Below are positions 1-10,653 of a stretch of DNA of 64,000 nt, piece by piece. Both the position numbers and the translations under genes were made by a program. How positions within the stretch are numbered: position 1 is the first letter of the stretch; every line of letters begins with the position of its first letter. This stretch comes from an uncultured Spirochaetota bacterium (GTDB lineage Bacteria > Spirochaetota > Spirochaetia > SZUA-6 > Fen-1364), in NCBI GenBank assembly GCA_963745235.1, contig CAVUXE010000003.1, positions 81,257 to 145,256 on the forward strand, in the 5' to 3' direction. The notes below the pieces were generated by a model. The model did no database searches and had not been told where the DNA came from. It saw nothing but the letters and a program-made list of their open reading frames with translations.

Positions 1-258
1 GATCCACTCTCCCGTGATGACCTCTATCCGTACGCGAAAGGACGCTTCCTTCTGATCGACAACGTCCACGTCGGAGACCGTGCCGTTGATGATGACCATC
101 TTCCCTGACGGCAGGCTCTCACGGCCTTCCGCGACGGCGGCGAGGTCTTTCAGCGTAATGGAAAAATCGACCACTCTCTCGAAGTCCGCGCGGGAAATGG
201 CGTGTGCGGCGGTGGTGAGGACCAGGCTCATCATGACGGCGGGCAGGATTCTTCGCAT
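1..258 (-). CDS. secreted hypothetical protein (5' part, runs off window)
   Basis: Manual translation MRRILPAVMMSLVLTTAAHAISRADFERVVDFSITLKDL...; signal peptide ending AHA; AAGGAG RBS upstream. Confidence 0.7.
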   Translation of the reverse strand, partial: MRRILPAVMMSLVLTTAAHAISRADFERVVDFSITLKDLAAVAEGRESLPSGKMVIINGTVSDVDVVDQKEASFRVRIEVITGEWI

Positions 259-279
259 GGGAGACTCCTTGCGGCAATA

Positions 280-1023
280 CTATGGAGGATTGGATTCGGG
301 GTCAATTCCTCTCTTCGTGATGAGCCCCGCGATCTTGCGGAAAATGACGCCGATGTGCCTGGCTTCGTTCACCGAGAGCCCCGCGCGTCCCAGGATGTCC
401 TTGAAAAAGACGGCCATCTGGTCGGGGCCGACCAGGTGGAAAAAGCCGATGCGCTTCAGCGAGCGCGTTATGACGGATACCAGCGAGTCGAGCTCCGCCA
501 CGCTCACGGGAGAGAAAGGCGTCAGGTGCCCGGAGGAACGTGCCCGGAAGATTTCGTAGCATATCACCTGCACGGCGTGGGAAAGATTCAGCGATGGGAA
601 CTCCCGCGATGCCGGTATGGTGACCGCGAGGTGACAGAGGGAGAGCTCCTCGTCGGTCAGGCCTGTCTCCTCGTTGCCGAAGAGGACCGCGATAGTTCCG
701 GCCCCCAGGGATGCCACCCGTTCTCCGAGCTGCTCGGGGAAAATGCTGAAATACTTGCGGTTCCTGCCCCGCCGGCGCGTGGTACCGGCGACCAGGACCG
801 CATCCTTCACCGCGTCGGAAAGCCGGGGATAGATGGTGGCGCTGTCCAGCACGTCCGCCGCGTAGTGCGCCAGTGTGCGCGCCTGCGTCGGATCCAGGAT
901 CGCGTCCGGCACGATGCCAAGGGAGGTAATGCCCATGCACTTCATGGCGCGGCAGGCCGCCCCGACATTCCGCGGGTCCCGCGGCCGGACAAGCACCACC
1001 CTCACATCGGTTTGACCGCTCAT
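280..1023 (-). CDS. trmJ: TrmJ/LasT family SpoU tRNA/rRNA methyltransferase
   Basis: VRVVLVRPRDPRNVGAACRAMK, VLFGNEETGLT, SLNLSHAVQVICYE motifs; start set at MSGQTD. Confidence 0.85.
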   Translation of the reverse strand: MSGQTDVRVVLVRPRDPRNVGAACRAMKCMGITSLGIVPDAILDPTQARTLAHYAADVLDSATIYPRLSDAVKDAVLVAGTTRRRGRNRKYFSIFPEQLGERVASLGAGTIAVLFGNEETGLTDEELSLCHLAVTIPASREFPSLNLSHAVQVICYEIFRARSSGHLTPFSPVSVAELDSLVSVITRSLKRIGFFHLVGPDQMAVFFKDILGRAGLSVNEARHIGVIFRKIAGLITKRGIDPESNPP

Positions 1024-1138
1024 ACGGCAACGAGAGTAGCCGAAAAGCTCCCGACGAAGGAAGTATTCGAAGAAAATCCAAGGCAATCTCAGCGCGCGAG
1101 CGCTCATGAAGCTTGCGACAGCAGCCGAAAAGCTGATT

Positions 1139-1795
1139 ATGAAGAAATGTCTTTTCCTCCTGATGACCTGCCTGTGTCTTCCCGCGGATGCCCTGGACTG
1201 GGAGCTCCCCGTCTTCACCCTCAGGTACGAGCTGGCGCATGGTGTGCGCGAAGACCCCGAGGAGGAAACCCTCCTCCCCTCGTCGCTGCGAAACACTGCA
1301 TCCCTTCGGATCAAGGAGGTCGCTGACCCCGCCGTGTTCGATCTGACCGTTCGCTACTCCCTGAAGAACTACTTCCTGGCGACCGGGGACTACAGCTATC
1401 TGGAGCTGGAGCATGAGCAGAGCTGGCGAGTGAGCGATGCTTTGAAGCTGGGGTTCCTTGTGGGCGCAAAGAAGGTCGACTTTCCCGACCCCGACGCGGA
1501 GGGCTGGGTCAAGGACTACCTGTCCTTCAAGGTCGGGCCCACGGCGTCCCTGGAGATAGCCGAAGGAACGAAACTGGACGGCACGGTCAGCGCCCGCTAC
1601 GACATGGCGGAGAACCAGGCCAGGTCGTTCCAGGCATACGTGCTTTCCACCGGCCTGACCACGCGGATGGACGGGTGGCAGGTTGCCGCACGCTACCGCG
1701 GGGAGTTCCGGCTTCCCTTTGACCAGGCGAGCGCCGTCGGTCGGCTCGGCTACAACACGTGCAGCCTCACCCTCCAGTGGGACCCCTCGAAATGA
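1139..1795 (+). CDS. secreted hypothetical protein, possible outer-membrane beta-barrel
   Basis: Signal peptide MKKCLFLLMTCLCLPADA; alternating amphipathic strands; C-terminal SLTLQW. Confidence 0.6.
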   Translation: MKKCLFLLMTCLCLPADALDWELPVFTLRYELAHGVREDPEEETLLPSSLRNTASLRIKEVADPAVFDLTVRYSLKNYFLATGDYSYLELEHEQSWRVSDALKLGFLVGAKKVDFPDPDAEGWVKDYLSFKVGPTASLEIAEGTKLDGTVSARYDMAENQARSFQAYVLSTGLTTRMDGWQVAARYRGEFRLPFDQASAVGRLGYNTCSLTLQWDPSK

Positions 1796-1828
1796 CCGGC
1801 GCGGGTGCGGCCATAACTCCTCCTCTAT

Positions 1829-1858
1829 TTGACAAGTGTGCGGGAAAGACGATAAGAT
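1829..1858 (+). promoter_or_regulatory. putative sigma-70 promoter for the STAS-pspA cluster
   Basis: TTGACA-N18-TAAGAT in AT-richer intergenic DNA. Confidence 0.45.
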
Positions 1859-1967
1859 ATTCAGGATCCGGTATCGTGATTGTCGTTCGACGAAACCCTT
1901 GCGGCACACATGCGCGGGGACTATACTAGAATGGACCAAAGGGTATCTTTGAAGGCAAAGGGGCGCC

Positions 1968-2519
1968 ATGAGTAACAACGAGATAGTTCAAGGTTTCGAC
2001 GACGAAAAGGACGACAGCCTCAAGATTCGCCTCCAGAAGATCGACGACACAGACGGGTGCCTTGTTCTGTACCTCACGGGCTACATCGACACCTATAACT
2101 CGAACTATTTTCAAAAGCGTGTTGCCAAGGCGATCGAGGGAAACTTCATCAAGTTGATCTTCCATTGCGCTGGCTTGAACTACGTCTCCAGCACCGGGAT
2201 CGGCTCCTTCACGGCATTCCTGAAAGCCGTCAAGCCGCGCGGCGGTGACCTTGTGCTCCTTGAAATCCAGCCGAAGGTCTACGAGGTTTTCCAGCTCCTC
2301 GGGTTCTCCCAGTTCTTCAACATCAAGGAAAACCTTGATGAAGCGGTGTCGTTCTTCGCGGCACGCGGGGAGGAGGGCAAGGGGAACATCTTCCCCCGCA
2401 TCTTCAAGTGTCCCATCTGCAGCAAGAAGCTCAAGGCATCCAAGGCGGGAAGGTTCCGCTGCTCGGAGTGCAAAACAATACTCGCCATTGACAACGCCGG
2501 TCAGGTATTTTTAGGTTGA
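1968..2519 (+). CDS. STAS anti-sigma-factor antagonist with C-terminal zinc ribbon
   Basis: GYIDTYN...LNYVSSTGIG...VYEVFQLLGF STAS motifs; CPIC...CSEC ribbon. Confidence 0.9.
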   Translation: MSNNEIVQGFDDEKDDSLKIRLQKIDDTDGCLVLYLTGYIDTYNSNYFQKRVAKAIEGNFIKLIFHCAGLNYVSSTGIGSFTAFLKAVKPRGGDLVLLEIQPKVYEVFQLLGFSQFFNIKENLDEAVSFFAARGEEGKGNIFPRIFKCPICSKKLKASKAGRFRCSECKTILAIDNAGQVFLG

Positions 2520-2529
2520 CGGCTGATCC

Positions 2530-2919
2530 ATGACCGCCCGGGAGAAAATAGAAAGCTACCTCGTCCGACTTGCCCTCAGCTTCCAGCAGCCAACCGCCGG
2601 TACCTGGGTGGTCTCGGACGCCCAGAGAGGGCTCCACAACCTCATCATCGCCCTGACGGACTCCCTGGTGGTCATGAGAATGAACGTCATGGAGGTGCCT
2701 GCAACCGGCAAAGAAAAGCTCTTCGAAGAGCTGCTTCGGCTCAACGCCGCTGACCTTGTCCACGGCGCCTACGGGATAGATGGCCGCAGCGTCATCCTCA
2801 TCGACACCCTGGAGGCGGAGGGAATGGGTCTGGAAGAGTTCGAGTCCTCCCTTGATGCCATCGGCCTCGCCGTTGCGCAGCATTACCGCATCCTCTCCGC
2901 CTACCGCGTGAAAGCTTGA
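2530..2919 (+). CDS. YbjN/CesT-like chaperone-fold protein
   Basis: 129 aa; LFEELLRLNAADLVHGAYGID pattern. Confidence 0.7.
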   Translation: MTAREKIESYLVRLALSFQQPTAGTWVVSDAQRGLHNLIIALTDSLVVMRMNVMEVPATGKEKLFEELLRLNAADLVHGAYGIDGRSVILIDTLEAEGMGLEEFESSLDAIGLAVAQHYRILSAYRVKA

Positions 2920-2931
2920 CAGGAGAAATCC

Positions 2932-3628
2932 ATGGGGATTCTTGAAAGAATACGCACTGTTCTCAAATCGAATATCAACGCCCTCATCAGCAAGGCGGAA
3001 GACCCTGAGAAGATGCTGAACCAGCTCATCATCGACATGAACGAGCAGCTCCTGGAGGCCAAGAAGCAGGTCGCCATGGCCATCGCGGACGAGAAGAAGC
3101 TCGAGCGGCAGACGCTGGAGAACAAGGGGCAGGCCGAGGACTGGGAAAAGAAGGCCATGCTCGCCGTCAAGGCGGGCAAGGATGACCTGGCCAAGGAAGC
3201 GCTGCTGCGCAAGCAGGAATACGATGGCTACGCGAGCTCCTTCCAGAAGGAGTACGACAGCCAGCACACCGCCGTGGAACAGCTCAAGGACGCCCTGCGT
3301 CAGCTTTCCGGGCAAGATCGATGAGGCCAGCCGAAAGAAGAACCTCCTCATCGCGCGGGCCAAGCGTGCCGAGGCGCAGAAGCAGATCCAGCAGACCATG
3401 GGCTCCCTCAGCGCCGGCTCATCCTTCGACACCTTCGACCGCATGGCGGAGAAGGTGGACCAGATAGAGGCGGAAGCGGACGCCATGAAGGAGCTCGGAG
3501 AGGTGACCGCGGACCAGAAGCTGGAGGACAAGTTCAAAGAGCTCGAGTCATCGGACTCCAGCGCGGACAAGATGCTGGAAGATCTCAAGGCCAAGATGGG
3601 GCAGATTGAAGACAAAGAAAAAAAGTGA
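2932..3628 (+). CDS. pspA: PspA/IM30 family protein (frameshift ~3310, probably sequencing error)
   Basis: MGILERIRTVLKSNINALISKAEDPEKMLNQ...; FDRMAEKV half in the other frame. Confidence 0.9.
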
Positions 3629-4244
3629 CCCCCGGTTCACCGTGCGGATGATCGGGCTCGACACAGTGATGTTCGAACGAGTGAGGGCTTCCCTGCGGGG
3701 AAGCCCGTTTCATTTCGAGAGAGAAGGCCCGGGAGACGGCAGCCCGGCGGAGCAGCCGGATCTCTACGTTGCGCGGGCGGAAGACCTGGGCCTGCTCTCC
3801 AGCGGGGGGACCCCCGTCATGGCCTGCGGTCCCGCCGGTCTCCTGCGTTCCGCGTTCCTGGGAGGATGCGCGGATTACCTTCGCGAGCCCTGGCTCCCGG
3901 AAGAGCTCGAGCTTCGCGCGTTGGCGATTCTCTCCCGGGAGCGCCGCCGGTTCCAGTTTCCCTGGGGGACAGTGTGCTTTGAAGGACAGGACCTGCGCAC
4001 CCCGACAGGGCTCGTGCGCCTCACTCATGGGGAGTCCAGGATTCTCCGGCTCCTCCTTCGCGCCAGAGGAGAACCGGTCCCGCGCGCGGCAATTGCGTTC
4101 GATCTCTGGGGGAGCCCGGCACGGGCCGCCGGCAGGGCAATCGACATGCACGTCGCCTGCGTCAGGAAGAAAGTCAGGCGCGTGGAGACGGCCGCGGGCC
4201 GGTTCATTACCTGCGTGAGGGGCAGGGGGTATATGATCCCATGA
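3606..4244 (+). CDS. OmpR/PhoB-type winged-helix regulator with degenerate receiver
   Basis: LTHGESRILRLL...RAIDMHVACVRKK...ITCVRGRGY; receiver lacks the acidic pocket; start uncertain. Confidence 0.75.
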   Translation: MKTKKKSDPRFTVRMIGLDTVMFERVRASLRGSPFHFEREGPGDGSPAEQPDLYVARAEDLGLLSSGGTPVMACGPAGLLRSAFLGGCADYLREPWLPEELELRALAILSRERRRFQFPWGTVCFEGQDLRTPTGLVRLTHGESRILRLLLRARGEPVPRAAIAFDLWGSPARAAGRAIDMHVACVRKKVRRVETAAGRFITCVRGRGYMIP

Positions 4245-4297
4245 CCGCACGGGCTCGTCTTTGCAAACTCCCGACGGGATGATACGCTGGGGGACCG

Positions 4298-5272
4298 GTG
4301 AAAGAGCCACTGAAGCTGCCCTTTGTCTTCCTCTTCATCCTCCTGTGCGTGACAGTGGTTCTTTCAGCACTCGCGCTTTTTTCCGCGTGGGGGCGGTCCG
4401 GCTCCGGCGCTCCGTTCGACCTCGCGTGGCTCCTGGGGCATTTCGCCGCGGCGGCCTTCGAGGTGCTCATCCCCGCCGTCGTCATCTCCATCGTGCTGCT
4501 CGGCTTTCGCATGGCGCGCCGTCCCTTTTCCCGGCTCGGCGGCTTCCTGATCACGTTGTGCGTCGGCTATATCGTCCTGGTGAACGGAATGATTCTTCTT
4601 TCCTCCCTGTCAGGCAAGGCAGGGCCGGCGACGTCTGAGGCACGGGGCTCTCTGCAGCCGCAGACATTCACGCGCCTCGGCACCGCGGTTATTGCCCCTG
4701 CGGCCGTGTCAGGTGACAGGCTCGGCGGCGTGCTCCTCTACGATGCAGCTGCCCCGCAGGAGCATCTCACCGTGTACCCGGCGGGCAGCGTGTCCGCGGG
4801 GGAAGGCGGCCTCTCGGTAACCCTTATTGGGCGAACGCAGCGGGAGGTCTCCGGGGAGCCCCTGGCTGCACGCTCATCCCTGTTCGCCCCGGACGCCCTC
4901 TCCGCCTCGCTCCTTCGCGACACCAGCACCCTCACGGAAGACTTCCAGCAGCTCATGCAGAGAGGGCTCCCGGACTTCTTTGCCGCTTGTTTTGCGCTGG
5001 TATTCCTCTGCGCGGCCTCGCTGGCTATCCTGAGGGTGACCCGCTGGCCGCTTGCCAACATCATGCTCCTCATGCTGGCGGTCCGCGGATATTTCCTTCT
5101 CTACCACCTCCTGGCCACCCGTTTTGCGCCCGCCGTTGCGGGCGCGGTCACCGACCCGCTCCTGGCCCGACTCTTCCCGTCTGCGTCCTTCATTGTCCTT
5201 GGTGTCCTTCTCCTCCTCGTCGACATTCTCTTCATCCCCGCCGACAGGTGGTCGCGGATCGAGCCGGCATGA
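4298..5272 (+). CDS. polytopic membrane protein (3 TM + soluble domain + 3 TM)
   Basis: Hydrophobic segments at both ends; ATGA overlap with the next gene. Confidence 0.7.
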   Translation: MKEPLKLPFVFLFILLCVTVVLSALALFSAWGRSGSGAPFDLAWLLGHFAAAAFEVLIPAVVISIVLLGFRMARRPFSRLGGFLITLCVGYIVLVNGMILLSSLSGKAGPATSEARGSLQPQTFTRLGTAVIAPAAVSGDRLGGVLLYDAAAPQEHLTVYPAGSVSAGEGGLSVTLIGRTQREVSGEPLAARSSLFAPDALSASLLRDTSTLTEDFQQLMQRGLPDFFAACFALVFLCAASLAILRVTRWPLANIMLLMLAVRGYFLLYHLLATRFAPAVAGAVTDPLLARLFPSASFIVLGVLLLLVDILFIPADRWSRIEPA

Positions 5273-6972
5273 ACAGATCACTCCTCGGAAGGATCAGCGC
5301 ATTCCTTTTCGCTTTCTACGGCCTTTCCTTCGGGGTCTTCTACCTCGTGTCCGCCCTTCGCTTCACCTCGGAGCTGGTCCTGCCCTCCCTTCGATGGACG
5401 TATGCCCTTGATCAGGCCTTCATCCTGTTCATCGACTACCTCCTTCCCGTCCACGCGGCTGCCATTGCGGTTGCAGCATCCCTGTCACAGCGCGCCGAAC
5501 CTGCGTCGCAGGCGCAGCCATTCAACAGACTTGTCGCCTCCAGCCTCGTGACATTCCTCCTTCTCAGTGCCGCCTACACGCTGGCCTTCGAGATCACCTA
5601 CCCGGCGGCACGCCACCGGCTGACGGACCTCCAGCACACGAGCAGCCTCGCGCGTCAGATCAGGACGCAATCAGAGCAGGCGGAGCAGAGCAGGGACTAC
5701 AGGACGAGCCTCGGCCTGGTCAATCGTTATCTCACCCTGGACCCGGGCAACCGGCAGATGGAAGACCGCAGGGATGCGCTGGAGACCCTTGCAGCGCATC
5801 AGGCGGCGCCGCCCCTGCCTCCCAAGCCCCCGGGTGAAGAGGCAGGCTCGGTGGTGGGCGCCCAGGCGCTGATGGAGAAGGCGCAAGGATATTTCGCCAG
5901 CAAGGACTGGTTCTCCGCGCACTACTATGCGCAGAAGGCGAACCTCCTTGATCCTCGCCGCACGGATGCGCTGCGTCTTGCCGCCGAGGCATCCCAGATG
6001 CTCGCGGAGGCCGCCACGCCGGGCCCCAAAAAAGATGCCATGCGCGCCGCGCTGTACCAGAAGAAAAGAGAAGCCTACCTGCTCCTGAGCGGAGGAAACT
6101 CGCTGGAAGCCTATTACAGCTTCACGAAGCTCGCGGTCCTCTATCCGCAGGACAGGGACATTGCCACCTATCTGGGGATAGCCAGCGAAGAGGTGAGCAG
6201 GAAGTCCTTCTTCCTGGACGAGGCGCGGAGAGTGGAAGCGCTGCCCGGTGTGGAGCGGATCCTTTTTTACAACAGGGTGGGCGCGGATGGAATGGAGGCG
6301 GTTGCCTTCGGGCGGATGGTGCAGGCCAGGGAAGGAACCTATTTCCTCGACGTCGAGGCGATGCGATACGATGCGGCGGGGAACGTGGCATGGCATTTCC
6401 GTGCACCCTATGGGAAGCTCCAGGACAGCACCATCCTTCTGCGGTGCGTGGACAGGAACAACGCCGCCGTCCAGTTCGTGCCCCTGTACTTGCAGGGCAC
6501 CCGGCCCGCCCAGGAAAGGGCCTTTCTTCGCATGGCGCCCGCGCAAGATGAGCTGCAGTTCCTGTCCACTCAGAAGGACACCCTGGCGGATGCCGGCCCC
6601 GTCGAGCTGTGGCGCCTGCGCGACTCCCTGGGATCCTTCGGGTTGTCCCGGGTCGCCCTCACCGTGCAGCTCGTGATGAAGCTCGTCATGCCTTTCGCGT
6701 TCCTCATCCTGTCCCTGCTCGCCCTGCCTTTCGGCTGGGCGTTTCGGGCGCGCTCCGGCGCGGCTCCGTCCGGTTTTGCCGTCCTGCTGGTTCCCCTCGT
6801 CCCCATCGTTCTCTCCGTCCTGACCATGCTGTACGTATACGCCCACCGTGTGCTCCTGGGATTCGCCGTGCTTGCGTTCGGCTTCACCGCCGCGCTGGTC
6901 CTCGGCGCCATCCTCCAGTTCGTGCTGCTCGCGACGGCGCTCGTCATTCTGGCAGGGCAATCGAGCGCTTGA
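5269..6972 (+). CDS. membrane protein with TPR-like region, LptF/LptG-like topology
   Basis: 3 N-terminal TMs; TPR-like helices ([18 protein letters not shown]); C-terminal [19 protein letters not shown] TMs. Confidence 0.65.
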   Translation: MNRSLLGRISAFLFAFYGLSFGVFYLVSALRFTSELVLPSLRWTYALDQAFILFIDYLLPVHAAAIAVAASLSQRAEPASQAQPFNRLVASSLVTFLLLSAAYTLAFEITYPAARHRLTDLQHTSSLARQIRTQSEQAEQSRDYRTSLGLVNRYLTLDPGNRQMEDRRDALETLAAHQAAPPLPPKPPGEEAGSVVGAQALMEKAQGYFASKDWFSAHYYAQKANLLDPRRTDALRLAAEASQMLAEAATPGPKKDAMRAALYQKKREAYLLLSGGNSLEAYYSFTKLAVLYPQDRDIATYLGIASEEVSRKSFFLDEARRVEALPGVERILFYNRVGADGMEAVAFGRMVQAREGTYFLDVEAMRYDAAGNVAWHFRAPYGKLQDSTILLRCVDRNNAAVQFVPLYLQGTRPAQERAFLRMAPAQDELQFLSTQKDTLADAGPVELWRLRDSLGSFGLSRVALTVQLVMKLVMPFAFLILSLLALPFGWAFRARSGAAPSGFAVLLVPLVPIVLSVLTMLYVYAHRVLLGFAVLAFGFTAALVLGAILQFVLLATALVILAGQSSA

Positions 6973-7757
6973 TGGCAATCGCCGGCAAGCTCATTGGGGC
7001 CCTGATCGGCTCCATCGCCGGGCCGTTCGGTGCGATCTTTGGAGGGCTGATTGGGCACCTGTTCGATCGGGCCGTAGAGGACCGCCAACTGCCTGGCTGG
7101 CGAAGAGACCCGCGCCTCGGACGCGACCCCTGGACGCAGGGACCCGTTGACCCTGTTTCCCAGGCGCAAGTCAATTTTCTCACCTGCCTGATCGGCCTTT
7201 CCCTCGCCGTGGCGGAGACCGACGGCGCCGTGAGGGTATCTCACCTCACGGCAATGAAGGACTTCTTTCGCCGCAACTTCTCCTTCCCCTCCGTGGACCA
7301 GGAGCTTCTCCAGAGGCTGATCGACGAGATGTACGCAAACAGGCACCGCATCGACGTCCCGGGGTTGTGCGCCTATTACGTCGGTGTCTCCACCTCGGAA
7401 GGCCGGGTGCTGCTGCTGCGTCTTCTCTTCCAGATTGCGCTGTCGGACCCGCTCGGCGTCAGCAGCGGCGAAGAGGAACGCATCCGCCGCATCTCCCTCC
7501 TCCTCGGGATGGAAGACGGGGTCTTTCGGCGTGTGCGCGCGGAGTTCGTGGGCAACGGGCAGGCCGCGTGGGAAGTGCTGGGGGTGTCACCGGACTCCGA
7601 CGTTGATGAGATCAAGGCGGCCTACCGCCAGATGGCCCTCCAGAACCACCCCGACAGGGTCGCCAACCTGGGCCCCGAGTTCGTGAGGATGGCGGAGGAA
7701 AAGTTCAAGGCCGTCCAGGAAGCCTACGAGGAGATACGCAGGCAGAGAGGCTTCTGA
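6972..7757 (+). CDS. djlA: DjlA-like TerB + J-domain co-chaperone
   Basis: [28 protein letters not shown] anchor; J-domain HPD (QNHPDRV). Confidence 0.85.
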   Translation: MAIAGKLIGALIGSIAGPFGAIFGGLIGHLFDRAVEDRQLPGWRRDPRLGRDPWTQGPVDPVSQAQVNFLTCLIGLSLAVAETDGAVRVSHLTAMKDFFRRNFSFPSVDQELLQRLIDEMYANRHRIDVPGLCAYYVGVSTSEGRVLLLRLLFQIALSDPLGVSSGEEERIRRISLLLGMEDGVFRRVRAEFVGNGQAAWEVLGVSPDSDVDEIKAAYRQMALQNHPDRVANLGPEFVRMAEEKFKAVQEAYEEIRRQRGF

Positions 7758-7782
7758 GAGGAAACGGCCTCCGCGGCCCGGC

Positions 7783-8331
7783 TTATTTCACAAGAAAGAC
7801 GAAACGGGCGCTGATGTAGAGGACGTCCACGAAGTTCTGCGAAAAAGTCGAGTTGGCTGGCATGATGAGATAGACGCCTCCTCCCAGCCGGAACCACGGG
7901 GCAAGCTCGACGCTCGCGTTGATGTCGGAGAGCACCAGGGACTGGGCCGTGAGGCTTGCCAGGCCGAGCCCGAAAGCGCCAAAAATGAAGCCGCCGGCAG
8001 TTGCTTCCAGCACGACCGGGCTCAGGTGCAGCTCCAGGAAAGCCTCGGGATAGATGAGGCTGATGATAAAGAGCGTTGGGATGCGGACCCCGATCCCGCC
8101 CCGCAGCAGCCCTTCCTCCCCGAACTGGTAGTAGGCGCGAAAATCCGGAACGAGGAAGTAGTACTTCGAGATGTCCAGGCTGGTTCCTCCGAAAAGGGTG
8201 GACGAGCTGTTGATTCCAATACTGAGCGGCCAGGCGAGGTTCCCTTCCAACCGCGCCTGGGCGCCGGCGCTCATCGTCCCCCGGAGCACGAGGAGCGCAA
8301 CAAGCATGGACAGGACTGTGGCTTTTTTCAT
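7783..8331 (-). CDS. secreted hypothetical protein, possible small beta-barrel
   Basis: Signal peptide MKKATVLSML...AGA; beta-strand pattern ending YISARFVF. Confidence 0.6.
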   Translation of the reverse strand: MKKATVLSMLVALLVLRGTMSAGAQARLEGNLAWPLSIGINSSSTLFGGTSLDISKYYFLVPDFRAYYQFGEEGLLRGGIGVRIPTLFIISLIYPEAFLELHLSPVVLEATAGGFIFGAFGLGLASLTAQSLVLSDINASVELAPWFRLGGGVYLIMPANSTFSQNFVDVLYISARFVFLVK

Positions 8332-8367
8332 GACTTTCCTCCTCACACTGTTTTCAAAATCGCCTTC

Positions 8368-9650
8368 TTATGCACCGTTCTTGCGGATCCTGGCACCGAG
8401 GCTCTGGAGCCTCTGTGTCAGGTTCTCGTACCCCCTTTCGATCTGGTAGACGTTCTGGATGGTGCTCCGCCCCTGGGCGCACAGGGCCGCAATGAGCATG
8501 GCCATGCCGGCCCGGACGTCGGGAGAGACCAGCTCTGATCCCGCCAGGCGGGACGGGCCCGACACCACCGCGCGGTGCGGGTCGCAGAGGATGATCTTTG
8601 CCCCCATCCCGATCAGCTTGTCTACATAGAACATGCGGGATTCGAACATCTTCTCGTGGATGAGGACCGTCCCCTCCGCCTGCGTTGCCGCCACCAGGGC
8701 AATGCTGATGATATCAGCGGGGAACCCCGGCCATGGCGCATCGTCGATCTTGGGGATCTGGCCGCCCATGGTCGGCACCACCTTGAGGCCCTGGGATGCC
8801 GGGACGTGGATCGTGTCCCCCGAGGTCTCCCAGGCAATCCCGAGCTTTGCCAGGGCCGAACCTCGTCATGCGCATGTTCTGCGGGGCGGCGTCTTCGATC
8901 TCCAGCTCGCCGCGCGTGGCCGCGGCGAGACCGATCAGGGAGCCGACCTCCATGTAGTCGCTGCCGATGCGGAACTCCGTCCCGGAGAGCCGCGTGACCC
9001 CCTCGATGGAAAGGATGTTGGAGCCGATGCCGCTGATGCGGGCGCCCATGGAGACGAGCATCCGGCACAGGTCCTGGACGTGCGGCTCGGATGCCGCGTT
9101 CTCGATGACGGTGGTGCCCTCCGCCAGCACCGCGGCCATGAGCGCGTTCTCCGTTGCGGTGACGGAAGCCTCGTCCAGGAAAATAGGGGCGCCCTTGAGC
9201 TTGTTGGCGAGCAGCGTGAAGAAGCTTCCCAGCTCCACGCGGGTCCCCAGCTCCATCAACGCGAGGAAGTGCGTATCCAGCGGCCTCCTGCCGATCCCAT
9301 CCCCGCCCGGGAGGCGGCAGCAGCACCCGGCCTTTCCGCGCCAGGAGCGGGCCGGCGAACAGGATGGATGCGCGGATCTTCTGCGAGAGATGGGGGGGGA
9401 TCTCTTCCCGCTTTATGTCCAGGCACTGGAAGCGCCAGCGGTTGTGGTCCAGCTTTTCCGCTGAGCAGCCGAGGACCTTGAGGATCTCGATCATCACGTG
9501 AACGTCTTCGATCTCCGGGAGGTTCGACAGGATGACGGGTTGGTCGGTGAGGAGCGTCGCCGCGAGGCACGGCAGGGCGGAGTTCTTGTTCCCGCTCGCC
9601 TTGATCCGGCCCTTGAGGGGGAAGCCACCCTCGATCTCGTAGTGGCACAT
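8368..9650 (-). CDS. murA: UDP-N-acetylglucosamine 1-carboxyvinyltransferase (frameshifts ~9305 and ~8855)
   Basis: [59 protein letters not shown] across three frames. Confidence 0.92.
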
Positions 9651-9762
9651 AAGACCCATTATAGCATTTTCTTTCCTTGTGTCCCCGGTTTCTATACCTT
9701 TGGTACGAGCACGCACATATCCTATTGCGTTCCGCAAAAGTCTGCAGGAGAGGAGAGTCACC

Positions 9763-10158
9763 ATGCCTGAATTGAAGGATCTGTTCCAGTCAGCGGATTG
9801 GAAAAAGGAAAAGCACGCGCCGGTCATCGAGACCCCGGAGACGGTAAAAAAGGGGGAAGCGGTTGCCGTGAACGTCAGCGTCGGCAAGGAGATCCCGCAT
9901 CCCAACACCACTCCCCACCACATCCGGTGGATCGAGGTCTTCTTCCACCCGGATGGCGCAAAGTTCCCCTTCCAGGTTGCTCGCGTGGAGTTCACCGCCC
10001 ACGGCGAGTCGGCGGACGGGCCTGACACGAGCAGCATCTACACGAACCCCGCGCTCGCCTGCTCCTTCAAGACCGAGAAGCCCGGGACAATCCTTGCCTC
10101 CTCGTACTGCAACATCCACGGCCTCTGGCAGAGCGAAAAGAAGATCGGGATCGCGTAG
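9763..10158 (+). CDS. 1Fe superoxide reductase (neelaredoxin type)
   Basis: EKHAP, HPNTTPHHIRWI, YCNIHGLW; no desulforedoxin domain. Confidence 0.9.
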   Translation: MPELKDLFQSADWKKEKHAPVIETPETVKKGEAVAVNVSVGKEIPHPNTTPHHIRWIEVFFHPDGAKFPFQVARVEFTAHGESADGPDTSSIYTNPALACSFKTEKPGTILASSYCNIHGLWQSEKKIGIA

Positions 10159-10167
10159 GAGGGATTC

Positions 10168-10653
10168 ATGGACGCGCAACTGGAGAAGCTCCTTCAGGAC
10201 CAGATCAGGAACGAATGGTACTCCGCATATCTGTACCTCTCCATGGCGGTGTGGGCGGAGATGATGAACCTGGAAGGTTTCGCCAACTGGATGAAAAAGC
10301 AGGCTGGCGAAGAGCAGGTGCACGGACAGAAGATGTTCGACTTCCTGATAGACCGCGGTGTGAAGGTGGTCCTGCAGGGAATCCCCCAGCCGCCTTCGGA
10401 TTTCGCGTCGCCGCTGGACGTCTTCCAGAAGTCGCTGGAACATGAGAAGAAGGTAACGACCATGATCCACGCCATCGCGGACATGGCGGAAAAGGTGAAT
10501 GATCACCCGACGAAGGTCTTCATCCAGTGGTTCGTGACCGAGCAGATTGAAGAAGAGAAGAACGCCTCGCACTACACGGAGCTTCTGAAACGGGTTCCCG
10601 CCGACTCGGGGGGCATCTTCCAGATAGACCACCAGCTGTCAAAGCGGGAATAG
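10168..10653 (+). CDS. ftn: non-haem ferritin
   Basis: NEWYSAYLYLSM, EEQVHG, LEHEKKVT, FIQWFVTEQIEEE ferroxidase motifs. Confidence 0.92.
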   Translation: MDAQLEKLLQDQIRNEWYSAYLYLSMAVWAEMMNLEGFANWMKKQAGEEQVHGQKMFDFLIDRGVKVVLQGIPQPPSDFASPLDVFQKSLEHEKKVTTMIHAIADMAEKVNDHPTKVFIQWFVTEQIEEEKNASHYTELLKRVPADSGGIFQIDHQLSKRE

